Program-made: the position numbers and the translations under genes
The notes under the pieces: generated by a model
Told to the model about the DNA's origin: nothing
The model's database searches: none
Seen by the model: the letters and a program-made list of their open reading frames with translations, nothing else
NCBI GenBank assembly: GCA_965116495.1
Contig: OZ220696.1
Span: 160,001 to 224,000 of the forward strand
Source: Gammaproteobacteria bacterium
Lineage (GTDB): Bacteria; Pseudomonadota; Gammaproteobacteria; Eutrophobiales; Eutrophobiaceae
Reading direction: 5' to 3'
Length of the DNA: 64,000 nt
In this document: positions 30,186 through 41,437 of the stretch, piece after piece
Layout: every line of letters begins with the position of its first letter
How positions within the stretch are numbered: position 1 is the first letter of the stretch

Positions 30186-30254
30186 TGCCACCCTTCCTTA
30201 TGTTCACCGGATAAATTCACAGGGTACAGATCCTGCCTATTCAAGTCTTATGAA

Positions 30255-30331
30255 TGGTCGGGGTGAGAGGATTTGAACCTCCGGCCCCTGCCTCCCGAAG
30301 GCAGTGCTCTACCAGGCTGAGCTACACCCCG
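30255..30331 (-). tRNA. tRNA-Pro(CGG)
   Basis: Reverse complement CGGGGTGTAGCTCAGCCTGGTAGAGCACTGCC-TTCGGGA-GGCAGGGGCCGGAGGTTCAAATCCTCTCACCCCGACCA, 77 nt, CCA encoded. Confidence 0.97.
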
Positions 30332-30450
30332 ATATGGAAATACAGAAAGACCGGCAGACTGGTTAACCCCGTCTGCCGGTTGCAAGTGCGAACTCTACCT
30401 TACAATGGGCTTTGCGTCTACAACCCGATGGGGTCGTACCCTAATCCTGA

Positions 30451-30477
30451 CAGGGACGGATTTAAATCCGTCCCCTA
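30451..30477. repeat. Short palindromic REP-like repeat (GGGACGGATTTAAATCCGTCCC)
   Basis: Perfect palindrome; related copies at about 7812-7839 and 41340-41363. Confidence 0.6.
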
Positions 30478-30503
30478 TCTGTGTCATCCACCTGCCGTTC
30501 TAT

Positions 30504-31496
30504 TCAGTAATTCCGCTCGGTAGCAAAGTGGGCCAGCGTGAACAGTGCATTCAGGTATTCGGACCGGGGCAGGCCCTGGAGGGATTGCACGGCTATTTCG
30601 GCCTCCTGGCGGGCACGGTCCCGGGTATAATGGATCGCGCCGGTTGCTGCAATAGCGGCGCAGATTTGTTCCATGTTCTCCAGGCTGCCGCGTTTTATCG
30701 CGTTCCTGATAAGGGTTGCCTGTTCATCCGTACTATGCCAGAGAGCGTATAACAGGGGCAGGGTGGGTTTGCCTTCGGCGAGGTCATCGCCGATATTTTT
30801 GCCCAGGCTCTCACTGGGGGCGCTGTAATCCAGCGCGTCATCGATGAGCTGGTAGGCTATGCCCAGGTGTCTGCCGTAGCTGGACATGGCCTGTTCCGTA
30901 TGCCGGTCCTGCCCGGCGATAACGGCGCCGACCCGGGCTGCAGCCTCAAACAGCTTTGCCGTTTTGTTATGTATGACTTGCAGGTAGCGTAGTTCCGTTG
31001 TTTCCGGATCATGTCGGTTTATGAGTTGCTGTACTTCTCCTTCTGCAATGGTATTGGTGGCGTCGGCCATGATTTCCATGACATGTACGGAACCCACCTC
31101 CACCATCATCTGGAACGCGCGGGAATAGAGAAAATCACCGACCAGGACGCTTGCTTCATTGCCCCAGCGCTGGTTGGCAGTGACCTTGCCCCGGCGCAGC
31201 ATGGAGGCATCGACCACGTCGTCATGCAACAGGGTGGCCGTATGGATAAACTCGATGACTGCAGCAAGCTTGATATGCAGGTTCTCTCTATAGGTAAAAC
31301 AGTTGGCGCTGAGCAATACCAGCGCCGGCCGCAGTCTTTTACCGCCGCTGTTGACGATGTAATGGCCTAATTGGTCGATTAGCCCGATCTCGGAATGCAG
31401 TTTTTCCTGTATCAGCGCGTCCACCTTCTGCATATCGTCCCTGATCAGTGCCTGAAGCGACTCAAGACCGGGTTCCCGTACGGCTACTGCACTCAT
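30504..31496 (-). CDS. ispB: Octaprenyl diphosphate synthase
   Basis: GGKRLRP, LLHDDVVD, QLIDDALD, EGKPTLP; divergent from rplU. Confidence 0.93.
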   Translation of the reverse strand: MSAVAVREPGLESLQALIRDDMQKVDALIQEKLHSEIGLIDQLGHYIVNSGGKRLRPALVLLSANCFTYRENLHIKLAAVIEFIHTATLLHDDVVDASMLRRGKVTANQRWGNEASVLVGDFLYSRAFQMMVEVGSVHVMEIMADATNTIAEGEVQQLINRHDPETTELRYLQVIHNKTAKLFEAAARVGAVIAGQDRHTEQAMSSYGRHLGIAYQLIDDALDYSAPSESLGKNIGDDLAEGKPTLPLLYALWHSTDEQATLIRNAIKRGSLENMEQICAAIAATGAIHYTRDRARQEAEIAVQSLQGLPRSEYLNALFTLAHFATERNY

Positions 31497-31593
31497 GACA
31501 TTTCAATATTCTGCGGAAGCATGAAGCGATAATAGCATGTTGCCGGACCGGCATCGTGCGAATTTAAGTGTGATCCCTCCCGGTAAAAAACTT

Positions 31594-31665
31594 TGGGGTC
31601 AGAGTAAAAACTCATGAGATTCATGGTTAAACTGTACATTCCGCCGGGTTTTTCCTCTGACCCCA
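31594..31665. repeat. Inverted-repeat element, GGGGTCAGAGTAAAAA family, copy 2
   Basis: tggggtcagagtaaaaactc / gggtttttcctctgacccca. Confidence 0.75.
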
Positions 31666-31777
31666 TATATCGCAGTTGCTACTTGTACGGAGTGAAATAG
31701 TTTTATACAATTGCCCGTTTAACGTGTGCGGTAATCCGCACCGGACCGAATCATTATATTATATCTATGGAGTAGTT

Positions 31778-32092
31778 ATGTACGCTGTCATAAAGACCGG
31801 TGGAAAGCAATACAAAGTGCAGGAAGGTGATACCCTCCGGGTAGAGAAGATCAATGCGGAAGAAGGTGGTGAAATTACCCTCGACGATGTCCTGATGGTG
31901 GCTGACGGCGATGATATTTCGGTTGGCTCCCCCATATTGGCCGGTGCGACGGTCGCAGCAACGGTACAGTCCCATGGCCGGGGAGAGAAAATCAAGGTGG
32001 TCAAGTTCAGACGGCGCAAACATCATCGCAAGCAGATGGGGCATCGCCAGGCTTATACTGAATTGAAAATAACAGGTATAAATACGCAATAA
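31778..32092 (+). CDS. rplU: 50S ribosomal protein L21
   Basis: [14 protein letters not shown]...GHRQ; GGAG RBS. Confidence 0.98.
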   Translation: MYAVIKTGGKQYKVQEGDTLRVEKINAEEGGEITLDDVLMVADGDDISVGSPILAGATVAATVQSHGRGEKIKVVKFRRRKHHRKQMGHRQAYTELKITGINTQ

Positions 32093-32109
32093 TCAGCGGG
32101 GGCTGGAAA

Positions 32110-32370
32110 ATGGCTCATAAAAAAGCAGGCGGCAGTACACGTAACGGCCGGGATTCCCAATCGAAGCGCCTGGGCGTCAAACGCTTCGGCAGCGAAACAG
32201 TCAAGGCGGGTAATATCATAGTCAGGCAGCGCGGCACCCGGTTTCACCCCGGTGTCAATGTAGGTTGCGGCAGGGACCATACCTTGTTTGCAACAGCAGA
32301 CGGTATGGTGGTATTTGAACAAAAAGGCCCGGGAAACAGGACATTTGTGAGTGTTCAGAGCAGGGATTAG
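32110..32370 (+). CDS. rpmA: 50S ribosomal protein L27
   Basis: [16 protein letters not shown]. Confidence 0.98.
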   Translation: MAHKKAGGSTRNGRDSQSKRLGVKRFGSETVKAGNIIVRQRGTRFHPGVNVGCGRDHTLFATADGMVVFEQKGPGNRTFVSVQSRD

Positions 32371-32384
32371 GAGTTAGCCCCTAA

Positions 32385-33483
<1,099 letters not shown>

Positions 33484-33495
33484 GAAGACTGATCC

Positions 33496-34626
33496 ATGTC
33501 CAGACCGGAATCCAAAGATAGCGGGAAACAGTGCTGGGTGGTCAAGATAGGCAGTGCCCTGTTGACCGATGACGGCTGCGGTTTGCGTATGGAGGCCATC
33601 GCCGGCTGGGTGGGGCAGATGGCGCAATTGCGCCGCCGCGGGTTCCGTTTTATCATCGTCTCATCCGGTGCGATTGCAGAAGGCAGGGCGCGCCTGGGCT
33701 GGGACATGAGGCCTGTCAGCCTGCACGAGCAGCAGGCTGCGGCAGCCGTCGGCCAGATGGGCTTGATCCAGGCTTACGAGTCCGCATTCCAGGGATATGG
33801 CATACACACTGCCCAGATTCTCCTGACCCATGATGATATTGCCGACCGGGGTCGTTACCTGAATGCCCGGTCCGCCTTGCGCACCTTGCTGGAATTGGAT
33901 GTCGTACCCATCATAAACGAGAATGACAGTGTTGCCACGGATGAGATCCGCTTCGGAGATAACGACTCGTTAGCGGGTCTGGTGGCCAACCTGGCTGAAG
34001 CCGACCGGTTGATCATCCTGACGGATCAACAGGGCTTGTATGATCGCGACCCGCGTCAATATCCGGATGCCGGGTTAATCAAGGCAGGGCAGGCCGGTGA
34101 TGCATCCCTGCTGGATTACGCCGGCCCCGGGGGAGCATTGGGCCGGGGTGGCATGCTGACCAAACTCAAGGCTGCCGAGACAGCTGCGAAATCGGGAGCC
34201 GATACGATCATTTGCTCAGGCCTGGAAGCGGACGTCCTGCTGAAAATTGCAGGCGGAGAGCAGACAGGAACCCGGCTCAGCGTCAAACGCTCGCCGTTGG
34301 CCGCGCGCAAACAATGGCTGGCGGGACACAAACGTCCTGGTGGTACCCTGGTACTGGATGACGGCGCCTGCCGCGTACTGGCTGAACAGGGCAAGAGTCT
34401 GCTGGCCGTCGGGGTCGTTGCAGTCCGCGGTGAGTTCAACCGGGGTGAGATTGTCAGTTGCGTTTCCCGGGATGGCAGCGAGGTGGCCCGGGGCCTGGTC
34501 AACTACAATGCCGGCGAGACCCGCAGGATCATGGGTAGGCCGAGTGATATGATTGAAGAACTTTTAGGCTATGTCGATGAGGCGGAACTGATCCACCGGG
34601 ACAACATGGTAGTTTTTGAGAATTAA
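33496..34626 (+). CDS. proB: Glutamate 5-kinase
   Basis: VVKIGS, PIINEND, FGDND, GGMLTK, C-terminal PUA domain. Confidence 0.97.
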   Translation: MSRPESKDSGKQCWVVKIGSALLTDDGCGLRMEAIAGWVGQMAQLRRRGFRFIIVSSGAIAEGRARLGWDMRPVSLHEQQAAAAVGQMGLIQAYESAFQGYGIHTAQILLTHDDIADRGRYLNARSALRTLLELDVVPIINENDSVATDEIRFGDNDSLAGLVANLAEADRLIILTDQQGLYDRDPRQYPDAGLIKAGQAGDASLLDYAGPGGALGRGGMLTKLKAAETAAKSGADTIICSGLEADVLLKIAGGEQTGTRLSVKRSPLAARKQWLAGHKRPGGTLVLDDGACRVLAEQGKSLLAVGVVAVRGEFNRGEIVSCVSRDGSEVARGLVNYNAGETRRIMGRPSDMIEELLGYVDEAELIHRDNMVVFEN

Positions 34627-34759
34627 AAATTACGAATTAGGAATTACGAATGAATGTGCCGCCTGTGGCGGCGGTTTACTTATGAGTCGCAGATTTTCCG
34701 TAAGCCGGATCAAGGCACACAGTAACGTAACACTCCCAATTCCCAATTCGTAATTCCTA
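34618..34759. repeat. Heptamer tandem repeats (GAATTAN / NTAATTC) in inverted arrays
   Basis: aattacgaattaggaattacg at about 34628-34648 and the complementary aattcccaattcgtaattcc at about 34738-34757. Confidence 0.7.
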
Positions 34760-35017
34760 AAGCGCGCGGATTTTGATATTCAGGCGGCTCTTGTGCCGGG
34801 CGGCCTTGTTCTTGTGTATCAGGCCCTTGTTCGCCATCCTGTCTATGATGGGAACTGCTGCCTGGTAGGCGGCGGTTGCTGCTTTTTTGTCGCCCTTTTC
34901 TATTGAGTCCAGCACCTTCCTGATAGAAGACCGTAACATGGACCGGCGTGAGTTGTTGTGCAGACGGCGCTTGGCCGCCTGTCTTGCGCGTTTCTTCGCT
35001 GATGAGATATTAGCCAA
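34757..35017 (-). CDS. rpsT: 30S ribosomal protein S20
   Basis: [13 protein letters not shown]...IHKNKAAR; TTG start. Confidence 0.97.
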   Translation of the reverse strand: MANISSAKKRARQAAKRRLHNNSRRSMLRSSIRKVLDSIEKGDKKAATAAYQAAVPIIDRMANKGLIHKNKAARHKSRLNIKIRAL

Positions 35018-35055
35018 ATGTAACTCCTGATTGTCGATTACTTCAAAAGCAGGTC

Positions 35056-35084
35056 ACTATGCGTATATGCCAGCGGTTTGTCAA
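35056..35084 (-). promoter_or_regulatory. Sigma70 promoter of rpsT
   Basis: TTGACA-17 bp-CATAGT on the minus strand. Confidence 0.55.
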
Positions 35085-35087
35085 ACG

Positions 35088-35168
35088 GAATTGAGAATTA
35101 AGAATTAGGAATTAAGCTGTATACTCCCATTCGTAATTCTTAATTCTTAATTCCTAATTCGTAATTCG
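35088..35168. repeat. Heptamer tandem repeats in inverted arrays
   Basis: gaattga-gaattaa-gaattag-gaattaa followed by five (t)aattcNt-like units just before murJ. Confidence 0.75.
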
Positions 35169-35169
35169 A

Positions 35170-36711
35170 ATGCAGAAGTTACTGAAATCGACACTGGTAG
35201 TCGGCCTGATGACGACGCTGTCCCGGATTCTCGGACTGGTACGGGATATTATTATCGGCGCCATGTTCGGTCCCAGCGCCGGTGTCGACGCGTTTATCGT
35301 TGCTTTTCGTATCCCTAACTTTTTACGCCGGATATTCGCGGAAGGAGGTTTTTCCCAGGCATTCGTCCCGGTTCTGTCCGAATACCGGGAACGGCGCGGC
35401 CAGGCGGAAGTCAATGCCCTGGTTGAGCATACCGCCGCAGTTCTCGGCGCCTGCCTGTGTGTGACCACGGTCGTGGGCGTACTGGCTGCGCCCGTGCTGA
35501 TATGGATCTTTGCCCCGGGCTTCAGTGGGGACCTGGAGAAGCAGACACTGGCGACCCACATGTTGCGTATTACCTTTCCTTACATCCTGTTTATTTCGTT
35601 GACCGCGATGGCAGGCGGCATCCTCAATACTTATCGTCAGTTCGCCGTGCCTGCGTTTACGCCGGTATTGCTGAATCTTTCCTTAATCGGTTGCGCATTA
35701 TTGCTGACACCTTATTTTCCGGCGGAGCAAAGGATAGTCGCGCTGGCCTGGGGAGTTTTTGTAGCGGGCGTGGCACAATTGCTGTTTCAGTTCCCATTTC
35801 TCCTGAAACTCGGGTTAATGCCGCTCCCCAGGTTTAACCGGGACAGGGAAGGTGTCGGCAGGATTATTACTCTGATGGTGCCGACCCTGTTCGCCGTTTC
35901 CGTTACCCAGATTAACCTGCTCATCGATACGGTAATCGCCTCGTTCCTGGAGACAGGCAGCATCTCCTGGCTATACTTTTCCAACCGGCTGGTTGAATTT
36001 CCACTGGGTGTATTCGGTATCGCGCTGGCGACGGTTATTCTTCCCAACCTGGCGGCGGAGCATACCGGCAGGGATAATGCAGCGTTCAACAAAACCCTGG
36101 ATTGGGCGCTACGCTGGGTATTCCTGGTCGGCCTCCCTGCGGGTGTGGGACTGATACTGTTGGCGGCGCCGTTGTTGACCGCCCTGTTTCAGTATAATGA
36201 ATTTTCCCGGTATGACGTCCGCATGTCGGCGCATAGCCTGGTGGCATACGCAGTCGGGTTGCCGGCCTTTATCCTGATAAAAGTGCTGTCCTCCGGATTT
36301 TTTTCCAAGCAGGACACGGGAACACCGGTAAAAATCGCTGTAATTGCGATGCTGGCGAATATTATTCTAAACCTGGCGCTGGTTATCCCCCTGGCGCATG
36401 CGGGGCTGGCCCTGGCAACGTCCCTGTCCGCCTGTCTCAACGCAGTGCTGCTGTACCGGGTTTTACGTAAACGAAAGGAGTTTGATACGGGTCCGGGTTG
36501 GTTCGGTTATCTGGCCAGGGTTATCCTGGCGCTGGGAGTGATGGCGCTGGGTCTGGCTTACTTTGTTCCTGAGCAAGCCTCCTGGTTTCAATGGGATATG
36601 TATGAGCGCGCGTTAAATGTAGTATTATGCACGCTTGCCGGCGCCGTGGTCTATTTTGCTACCCTGTGGCTGGCAGGGTTTCGGTTACGCAAGATGGCAT
36701 TACAATCCTGA
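35170..36711 (+). CDS. murJ: Lipid II flippase MurJ
   Basis: SRILGLVRD, AFRIPNFLRRIFAEG, RLVEFPLG. Confidence 0.97.
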   Translation: MQKLLKSTLVVGLMTTLSRILGLVRDIIIGAMFGPSAGVDAFIVAFRIPNFLRRIFAEGGFSQAFVPVLSEYRERRGQAEVNALVEHTAAVLGACLCVTTVVGVLAAPVLIWIFAPGFSGDLEKQTLATHMLRITFPYILFISLTAMAGGILNTYRQFAVPAFTPVLLNLSLIGCALLLTPYFPAEQRIVALAWGVFVAGVAQLLFQFPFLLKLGLMPLPRFNRDREGVGRIITLMVPTLFAVSVTQINLLIDTVIASFLETGSISWLYFSNRLVEFPLGVFGIALATVILPNLAAEHTGRDNAAFNKTLDWALRWVFLVGLPAGVGLILLAAPLLTALFQYNEFSRYDVRMSAHSLVAYAVGLPAFILIKVLSSGFFSKQDTGTPVKIAVIAMLANIILNLALVIPLAHAGLALATSLSACLNAVLLYRVLRKRKEFDTGPGWFGYLARVILALGVMALGLAYFVPEQASWFQWDMYERALNVVLCTLAGAVVYFATLWLAGFRLRKMALQS

Positions 36712-36714
36712 AAT

Positions 36715-37662
36715 ATGGAACTGATCAGATATTCATACAATCTCAAATCACGACATCGTGGTTGCGTTGCCACTATCGGGAATTATGACGGGATTCACCT
36801 GGGACACCAGGCCGTGCTCAGGCAACTCAAGCGGCATGCGGAGGTTATGAGATTACCGGCACTGGTGATTACCTTTGAGCCCCATCCCCAGGAATTTTTT
36901 GGGTCAGGTGAGGCCCCGACCAGGATAACGAGTTTCAGGGAAAAACTGGAGATACTCAAACAACAGAATATCGATCGCGTACTGTGTCTGCGCTTTCAGC
37001 AAAGTATTGCCGACCTGTCGGCGGAACAGTTTATCGAACAGATTCTGGTTAATGACCTGTCGGTAAAACGTCTTATAATCGGTGATGATTTCAGGTTCGG
37101 CAAAAACCGGCGCGGCGATTGCCGGATGTTGCAGGATGCCGGAAAGCATCTTGGCTTCGACGTAATTCTCACGGAGACCCACAAACTCGACGGCGACAGG
37201 GTCAGCAGCAGCATCATCCGTGAGAGGCTTAAGGAAAGCCGGTTTGAAGAAGCGCAATTATTGCTGGGACGTTATTTCAGTATCAGCGGGCGCGTTGTCC
37301 ACGGTGCGAAACGGGGCCGCCAGTTGGGGTTTCCTACCGCGAATATCAATCTCAGCAAACGCTATGTTCCGTTACGCGGCGTGTTTGCCGTCAGTGTCAA
37401 GGGAGCTGACGAAATGACTCACCTGGGGGTCGCCAACCTGGGGACGCGCCCGGTATTCAATGAGAAAAAACTGTTGCTGGAAGCACATTTATTCGATTTT
37501 GACAAAATGATTTATGGTAGGCATATCAGCGTTGAATTTTTCAGGCGCTTGCGTGATGAACGCAAATTCGCCTCAATCGACGAACTGGTGGCACAGGTCG
37601 CGACGGATATAAGGACGGCCAGGGAGTTTTTCACTGAAATCGACCTGCAAAGCCACGACTGA
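36715..37662 (+). CDS. ribF: Bifunctional riboflavin kinase/FAD synthetase
   Basis: IGNYDGIHLGH, GDDFRFG, GFPTAN, LEAHLFD. Confidence 0.97.
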   Translation: MELIRYSYNLKSRHRGCVATIGNYDGIHLGHQAVLRQLKRHAEVMRLPALVITFEPHPQEFFGSGEAPTRITSFREKLEILKQQNIDRVLCLRFQQSIADLSAEQFIEQILVNDLSVKRLIIGDDFRFGKNRRGDCRMLQDAGKHLGFDVILTETHKLDGDRVSSSIIRERLKESRFEEAQLLLGRYFSISGRVVHGAKRGRQLGFPTANINLSKRYVPLRGVFAVSVKGADEMTHLGVANLGTRPVFNEKKLLLEAHLFDFDKMIYGRHISVEFFRRLRDERKFASIDELVAQVATDIRTAREFFTEIDLQSHD

Positions 37663-37750
37663 TCCGGAGAAAAAATACCCGCATCTGAAAAAAATATCCA
37701 CAAATTACACGGATTATCACAGGTAATATTTTGAAATGGTTATGATTGTA

Positions 37751-37943
37751 TTCGTCATTCCCCTGCTTTCGCAGGGGCAGGCTCTGCGAAGCTTGTCCCT
37801 GCGGAAGCAGGGAGCAGGAATCCAGAGAAATACTGTGTCGCCCGCAGAGCGACCCTTTGTATTACTGGATGCCGGGCCGGCCCCGGCATGACGATCGGTA
37901 CCTGTCTATGTATTACTGGATGCCGGGTCGATCCCGGCGTGAC
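37751..37943. repeat. Cluster of REP-like hairpins with a direct duplication
   Basis: tcgtcattcccctgc...gcaggaatccag, then tgtattactggatgccggg..cccggc.tgac twice (37858-37893, 37908-37943). Confidence 0.7.
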
Positions 37944-38025
37944 AGCCGGCGCCTGTCCATTTTATATAACTTAATCTGCGTTATTTGCGGATAAAATCTG
38001 TAGTAAAACCATGTGATAGTTATTG

Positions 38026-40839
38026 ATGGCTGATTATAAAGATACCCTGACCCTGCCGAAAACGGACTTTCCCATGAAAGGGAACCTGGCTCAGCGGGAA
38101 CCTGAAATGTTACGGCGCTGGCAGGAACAGGACATATATTCCCGCATCCGGCAGCACCGGGCCGGCAGGAAGAAGTATATCCTGCATGACGGTCCGCCTT
38201 ACGCCAATGGCGATATTCACCTGGGACATGCCGTCAATAAAATCCTGAAAGACATTATCATCAAGTCGCATAGCCTGGATGGATATGATTGCCCATACGT
38301 GCCCGGCTGGGACTGCCATGGATTGCCCATCGAACACCAGGTGGAGAAGAAAATCGGCAAGGCCGGCGTCCGGGTCGATGCGCGCACATTTCGTAATGCC
38401 TGTCGCGAATATGCCCGAAAACAGATCGCCCGGCAGAAAACCGATTTTCAACGCCTGGGGGTACTGGGAGACTGGGATACGCCTTACCTGACCATGAATT
38501 ACCGGACCGAAGCCGACATCGTGCGAGCACTGGGCAGGATGATCGATGCCGGACATCTTGCCCGGGGCTACAAGCCCGTTTACTGGTGCCTGGATTGCGG
38601 TTCCGCACTGGCCGAGGCGGAAGTTGAGTATATCGATAAGCAATCACCCGGGGTGGACGTGTGTTTCCCCGTTGTCGATGAAGAGGCCGTATTCAACAGG
38701 GCGCAGGGGAAATGTGATGACCGGGGGGAAGGACAGTTATCCGTAGTTATCTGGACGACTACGCCCTGGACCCTGCCGGCAAACCAGGCGGTCGCCCTCA
38801 ATCCGGAATTTGATTACGTTGTCGTACAGTGTGAATCGCTGCGCGGCAGGGAGCGGCTGCTGCTGGCGGAAAAACTGGCGACTTCGGCGTTACATCGCTA
38901 CGCTATCGAAGATTACCGCATCCTGGCTTCGCTGAAAGGAAGTGTGCTTGAAGGACTGCAACTGCAACATCCGTTTTATGCCTACCAGGTCCCGGTAGTG
39001 CTGGGGGGGCACGTGACACTGGATACCGGAACCGGCGCCGTACACACGTCACCGGGGCATGGGGTGGATGATTATAACGTGGGTAAAAGGTATGACCTGC
39101 CCATCACCAATCCGGTAGCCGATAACGGTTGTTTCCGGGACGATACGGAATTGTTTGCCGGAGAGCATGTTTTCAAGGCCAACTCCCATATTATTGAAGT
39201 CTTGATTGACAGGAATCGCCTGCTCGTCGAAACCACAGTACGGCACAGTTATCCCCATTGCTGGCGGCATAAATCTCCGGTCATCTTCCGCGCCACGCCG
39301 CAATGGTTTTTCAGCATGGATGCCAGGAAATTGCGCGCCGGCGCGTTAAAGGAAATCGATAAGGTAACCTGGACGCCTGACTGGGGCCGGCAGCGTATAT
39401 ACGACATGGTGAACGACCGCATGGACTGGTGTATTTCCCGGCAACGCACCTGGGGGGTGCCTATAGCGGTATTTATAGACAGGCATTCGGGGGATTTACA
39501 TCCTGACACGCCGCGTTTGATCGAGGCAGCCGCGCAGAAGATTGAACAGGCAGGCATAGATGGGTGGTTCGATCTGGATGCAAGGGAATTAATCGGGGAA
39601 GAGGCGGAACGGTACGTGAAAGTAACGGATACCCTGGATGTGTGGTTTGATTCCGGCGTTACCCACGCAACTGTTCTGGAACGAGACGGGAGGCTGGCCT
39701 TTCCAGCCGATCTCTACCTTGAGGGGTCGGACCAGCATCGGGGCTGGTTCCAGTCGTCGTTGCTGACCTCTGTCGGGATAAGAAAACAGGCGCCATACGG
39801 CGGCGTGCTCACCCACGGTTTCGCTGTTGATGCCAAAGGCATGAAAATGTCCAAGTCCCTGGGCAACGTGATAGCGCCGCAAAAAGTCATGCAGACCCTG
39901 GGAGCGGACATATTGAGGTTATGGGTTTCGGCCACGGACTACCGGGGCGAGATGAATGTGTCCGATGAGATCCTCAAACGTATGGCGGACGCCTATCGCC
40001 GGATTCGGAATACTGCCCGTTACCTGCTGGCGAACCTGGACCGGTTTGATCCTGCCGTCGACTGCGTACCCGGGGATGACCTGTTGGAACTGGACAAATG
40101 GGTGCTGGTCGAAACTCTCCGGTTGCAGGAAGAGATCATCCGGGCCTACGCTGACTTCCAGTTCCACTTGATATACCAGAAACTACACCACTACTGTGTG
40201 GTGACCCTGGGCAGTTTCTATCTTGATATTATCAAGGACCGCATGTACACCCTGCAACGGCACAGCCTGCCGCGTCGCTCCGCCCAGACGGGCATGTTCC
40301 ATATCGCCGAGGCCCTTGTGCGCTGGCTGGCGCCTGTCCTGAGCTTTACCGCCGATGAAATCTGGCAACACATGCCCGGGCAACGCAGCACGTCGGTTTT
40401 CCTGGAAGAGTGGTACGAGGGCTTTCCGGCCGTAACTGTTGAAGATCATTGGCCCCGGGTCATCAAGGTCCGTGAAGAGGTCAGCAGGGAACTGGAGCGC
40501 CTGCGCAGCGACGGCGCCATTGGTTCCTCCCTGGACGCGGAAGTGCAGTTATATTGCAGCGGCGCGATCAGGACTGCCTTGGATTACCTTGGAGATGAGT
40601 TGCACTTCGTCTTCATAACATCCCGTGCGGATGTCTACGGGGACGCGGACAGACCGGATGACGTCCGCCGGAGCGAACTGGACGGACTGTGGATTAAAGT
40701 TACGGCGTCGTCCCGCGGCAAGTGTGTGCGTTGCTGGCACCGCTGTGAGGATATCGGGGTTGACCCGTCTCGCCCGGACTTGTGCGGCCGCTGCGTAGTC
40801 AACGTGGACGGCGCCGGGGAAACCCGTTTATTTTCATGA
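38026..40839 (+). CDS. ileS: Isoleucine--tRNA ligase
   Basis: HDGPPYANGDIHLGH, WCISRQR, KMSKS, C-terminal zinc finger. Confidence 0.98.
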   Translation: MADYKDTLTLPKTDFPMKGNLAQREPEMLRRWQEQDIYSRIRQHRAGRKKYILHDGPPYANGDIHLGHAVNKILKDIIIKSHSLDGYDCPYVPGWDCHGLPIEHQVEKKIGKAGVRVDARTFRNACREYARKQIARQKTDFQRLGVLGDWDTPYLTMNYRTEADIVRALGRMIDAGHLARGYKPVYWCLDCGSALAEAEVEYIDKQSPGVDVCFPVVDEEAVFNRAQGKCDDRGEGQLSVVIWTTTPWTLPANQAVALNPEFDYVVVQCESLRGRERLLLAEKLATSALHRYAIEDYRILASLKGSVLEGLQLQHPFYAYQVPVVLGGHVTLDTGTGAVHTSPGHGVDDYNVGKRYDLPITNPVADNGCFRDDTELFAGEHVFKANSHIIEVLIDRNRLLVETTVRHSYPHCWRHKSPVIFRATPQWFFSMDARKLRAGALKEIDKVTWTPDWGRQRIYDMVNDRMDWCISRQRTWGVPIAVFIDRHSGDLHPDTPRLIEAAAQKIEQAGIDGWFDLDARELIGEEAERYVKVTDTLDVWFDSGVTHATVLERDGRLAFPADLYLEGSDQHRGWFQSSLLTSVGIRKQAPYGGVLTHGFAVDAKGMKMSKSLGNVIAPQKVMQTLGADILRLWVSATDYRGEMNVSDEILKRMADAYRRIRNTARYLLANLDRFDPAVDCVPGDDLLELDKWVLVETLRLQEEIIRAYADFQFHLIYQKLHHYCVVTLGSFYLDIIKDRMYTLQRHSLPRRSAQTGMFHIAEALVRWLAPVLSFTADEIWQHMPGQRSTSVFLEEWYEGFPAVTVEDHWPRVIKVREEVSRELERLRSDGAIGSSLDAEVQLYCSGAIRTALDYLGDELHFVFITSRADVYGDADRPDDVRRSELDGLWIKVTASSRGKCVRCWHRCEDIGVDPSRPDLCGRCVVNVDGAGETRLFS

Positions 40840-40843
40840 AACC

Positions 40844-41311
40844 ATGAAAACGGCAAACTTGCGCTGGCTCTGGCTGACCTTGCTGGTTATCATCCTCGAC
40901 CAGTTGAGCAAGCATGCGGCAAGCCAGTGGCTGGTGTATAACCAGGCCCATGCTGTTTTCCCGGGATTCAACCTTACCCTGGTCCACAATGCCGGCGCGG
41001 CGTTCAGTTTTCTCCGGGATGCGGGCGGCTGGCAACGTTATTTTTTTATTATTTTAACAACCGGTATCAGCATTGTATTGCTGGTCTGGCTGGCGCGATT
41101 GCCCGCTAAACGGTCATTGCTGGGCTGCGCCCTGGCCTTGATTATCGGCGGGGCGGTCGGAAACCTGTGGGACCGGCTCCAATACGGCTACGTGATTGAC
41201 TTCATTGAGGTGTATTACGACAAGTGGTCGTGGCCGGTATTCAATATCGCTGATTCTGCCATCACTGCCGGCGCTTTGCTGCTGATCATGGACGCGTTCA
41301 AAAGACCTTGA
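40844..41311 (+). CDS. lspA: Lipoprotein signal peptidase II
   Basis: NAGAAFS, GAVGNLWDR, VIDF, FNIADSAI. Confidence 0.97.
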   Translation: MKTANLRWLWLTLLVIILDQLSKHAASQWLVYNQAHAVFPGFNLTLVHNAGAAFSFLRDAGGWQRYFFIILTTGISIVLLVWLARLPAKRSLLGCALALIIGGAVGNLWDRLQYGYVIDFIEVYYDKWSWPVFNIADSAITAGALLLIMDAFKRP

Positions 41312-41437
41312 CAAGCGGCCGGGGCAACCGGAATATCATGGGGACAGGTTTAAACCTGTCTCCGCTTAATCCACCGGATAAAAGGGAATAATGTAGTATA
41401 TAATAGAAAACTGTCTAAAATTCCACAGGAAATCCAA

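Noticed and set aside
29085-30191. 368-aa minus-strand ORF spanning the AhpD-like locus
   Set aside because: No motifs; a codon-mirror of the plus-strand frame, which carries the recognisable AhpD features.
30255-30275. att-site duplicate of the tRNA-Pro 3' end bounding the islet
   Set aside because: No second copy found by eye and no integrase in the window, so an intact integrative element is not claimed.
30254-30523. 89-aa ORF MVGVRGFEPP
   Set aside because: Translation of the tRNA-Pro antisense strand.
34618-35168. Possible CRISPR array in the repeat-rich spacers (also 37751-37943)
   Set aside because: Units are 7-bp tandems or two hairpin copies, with no regular repeat-spacer periodicity and no cas genes.
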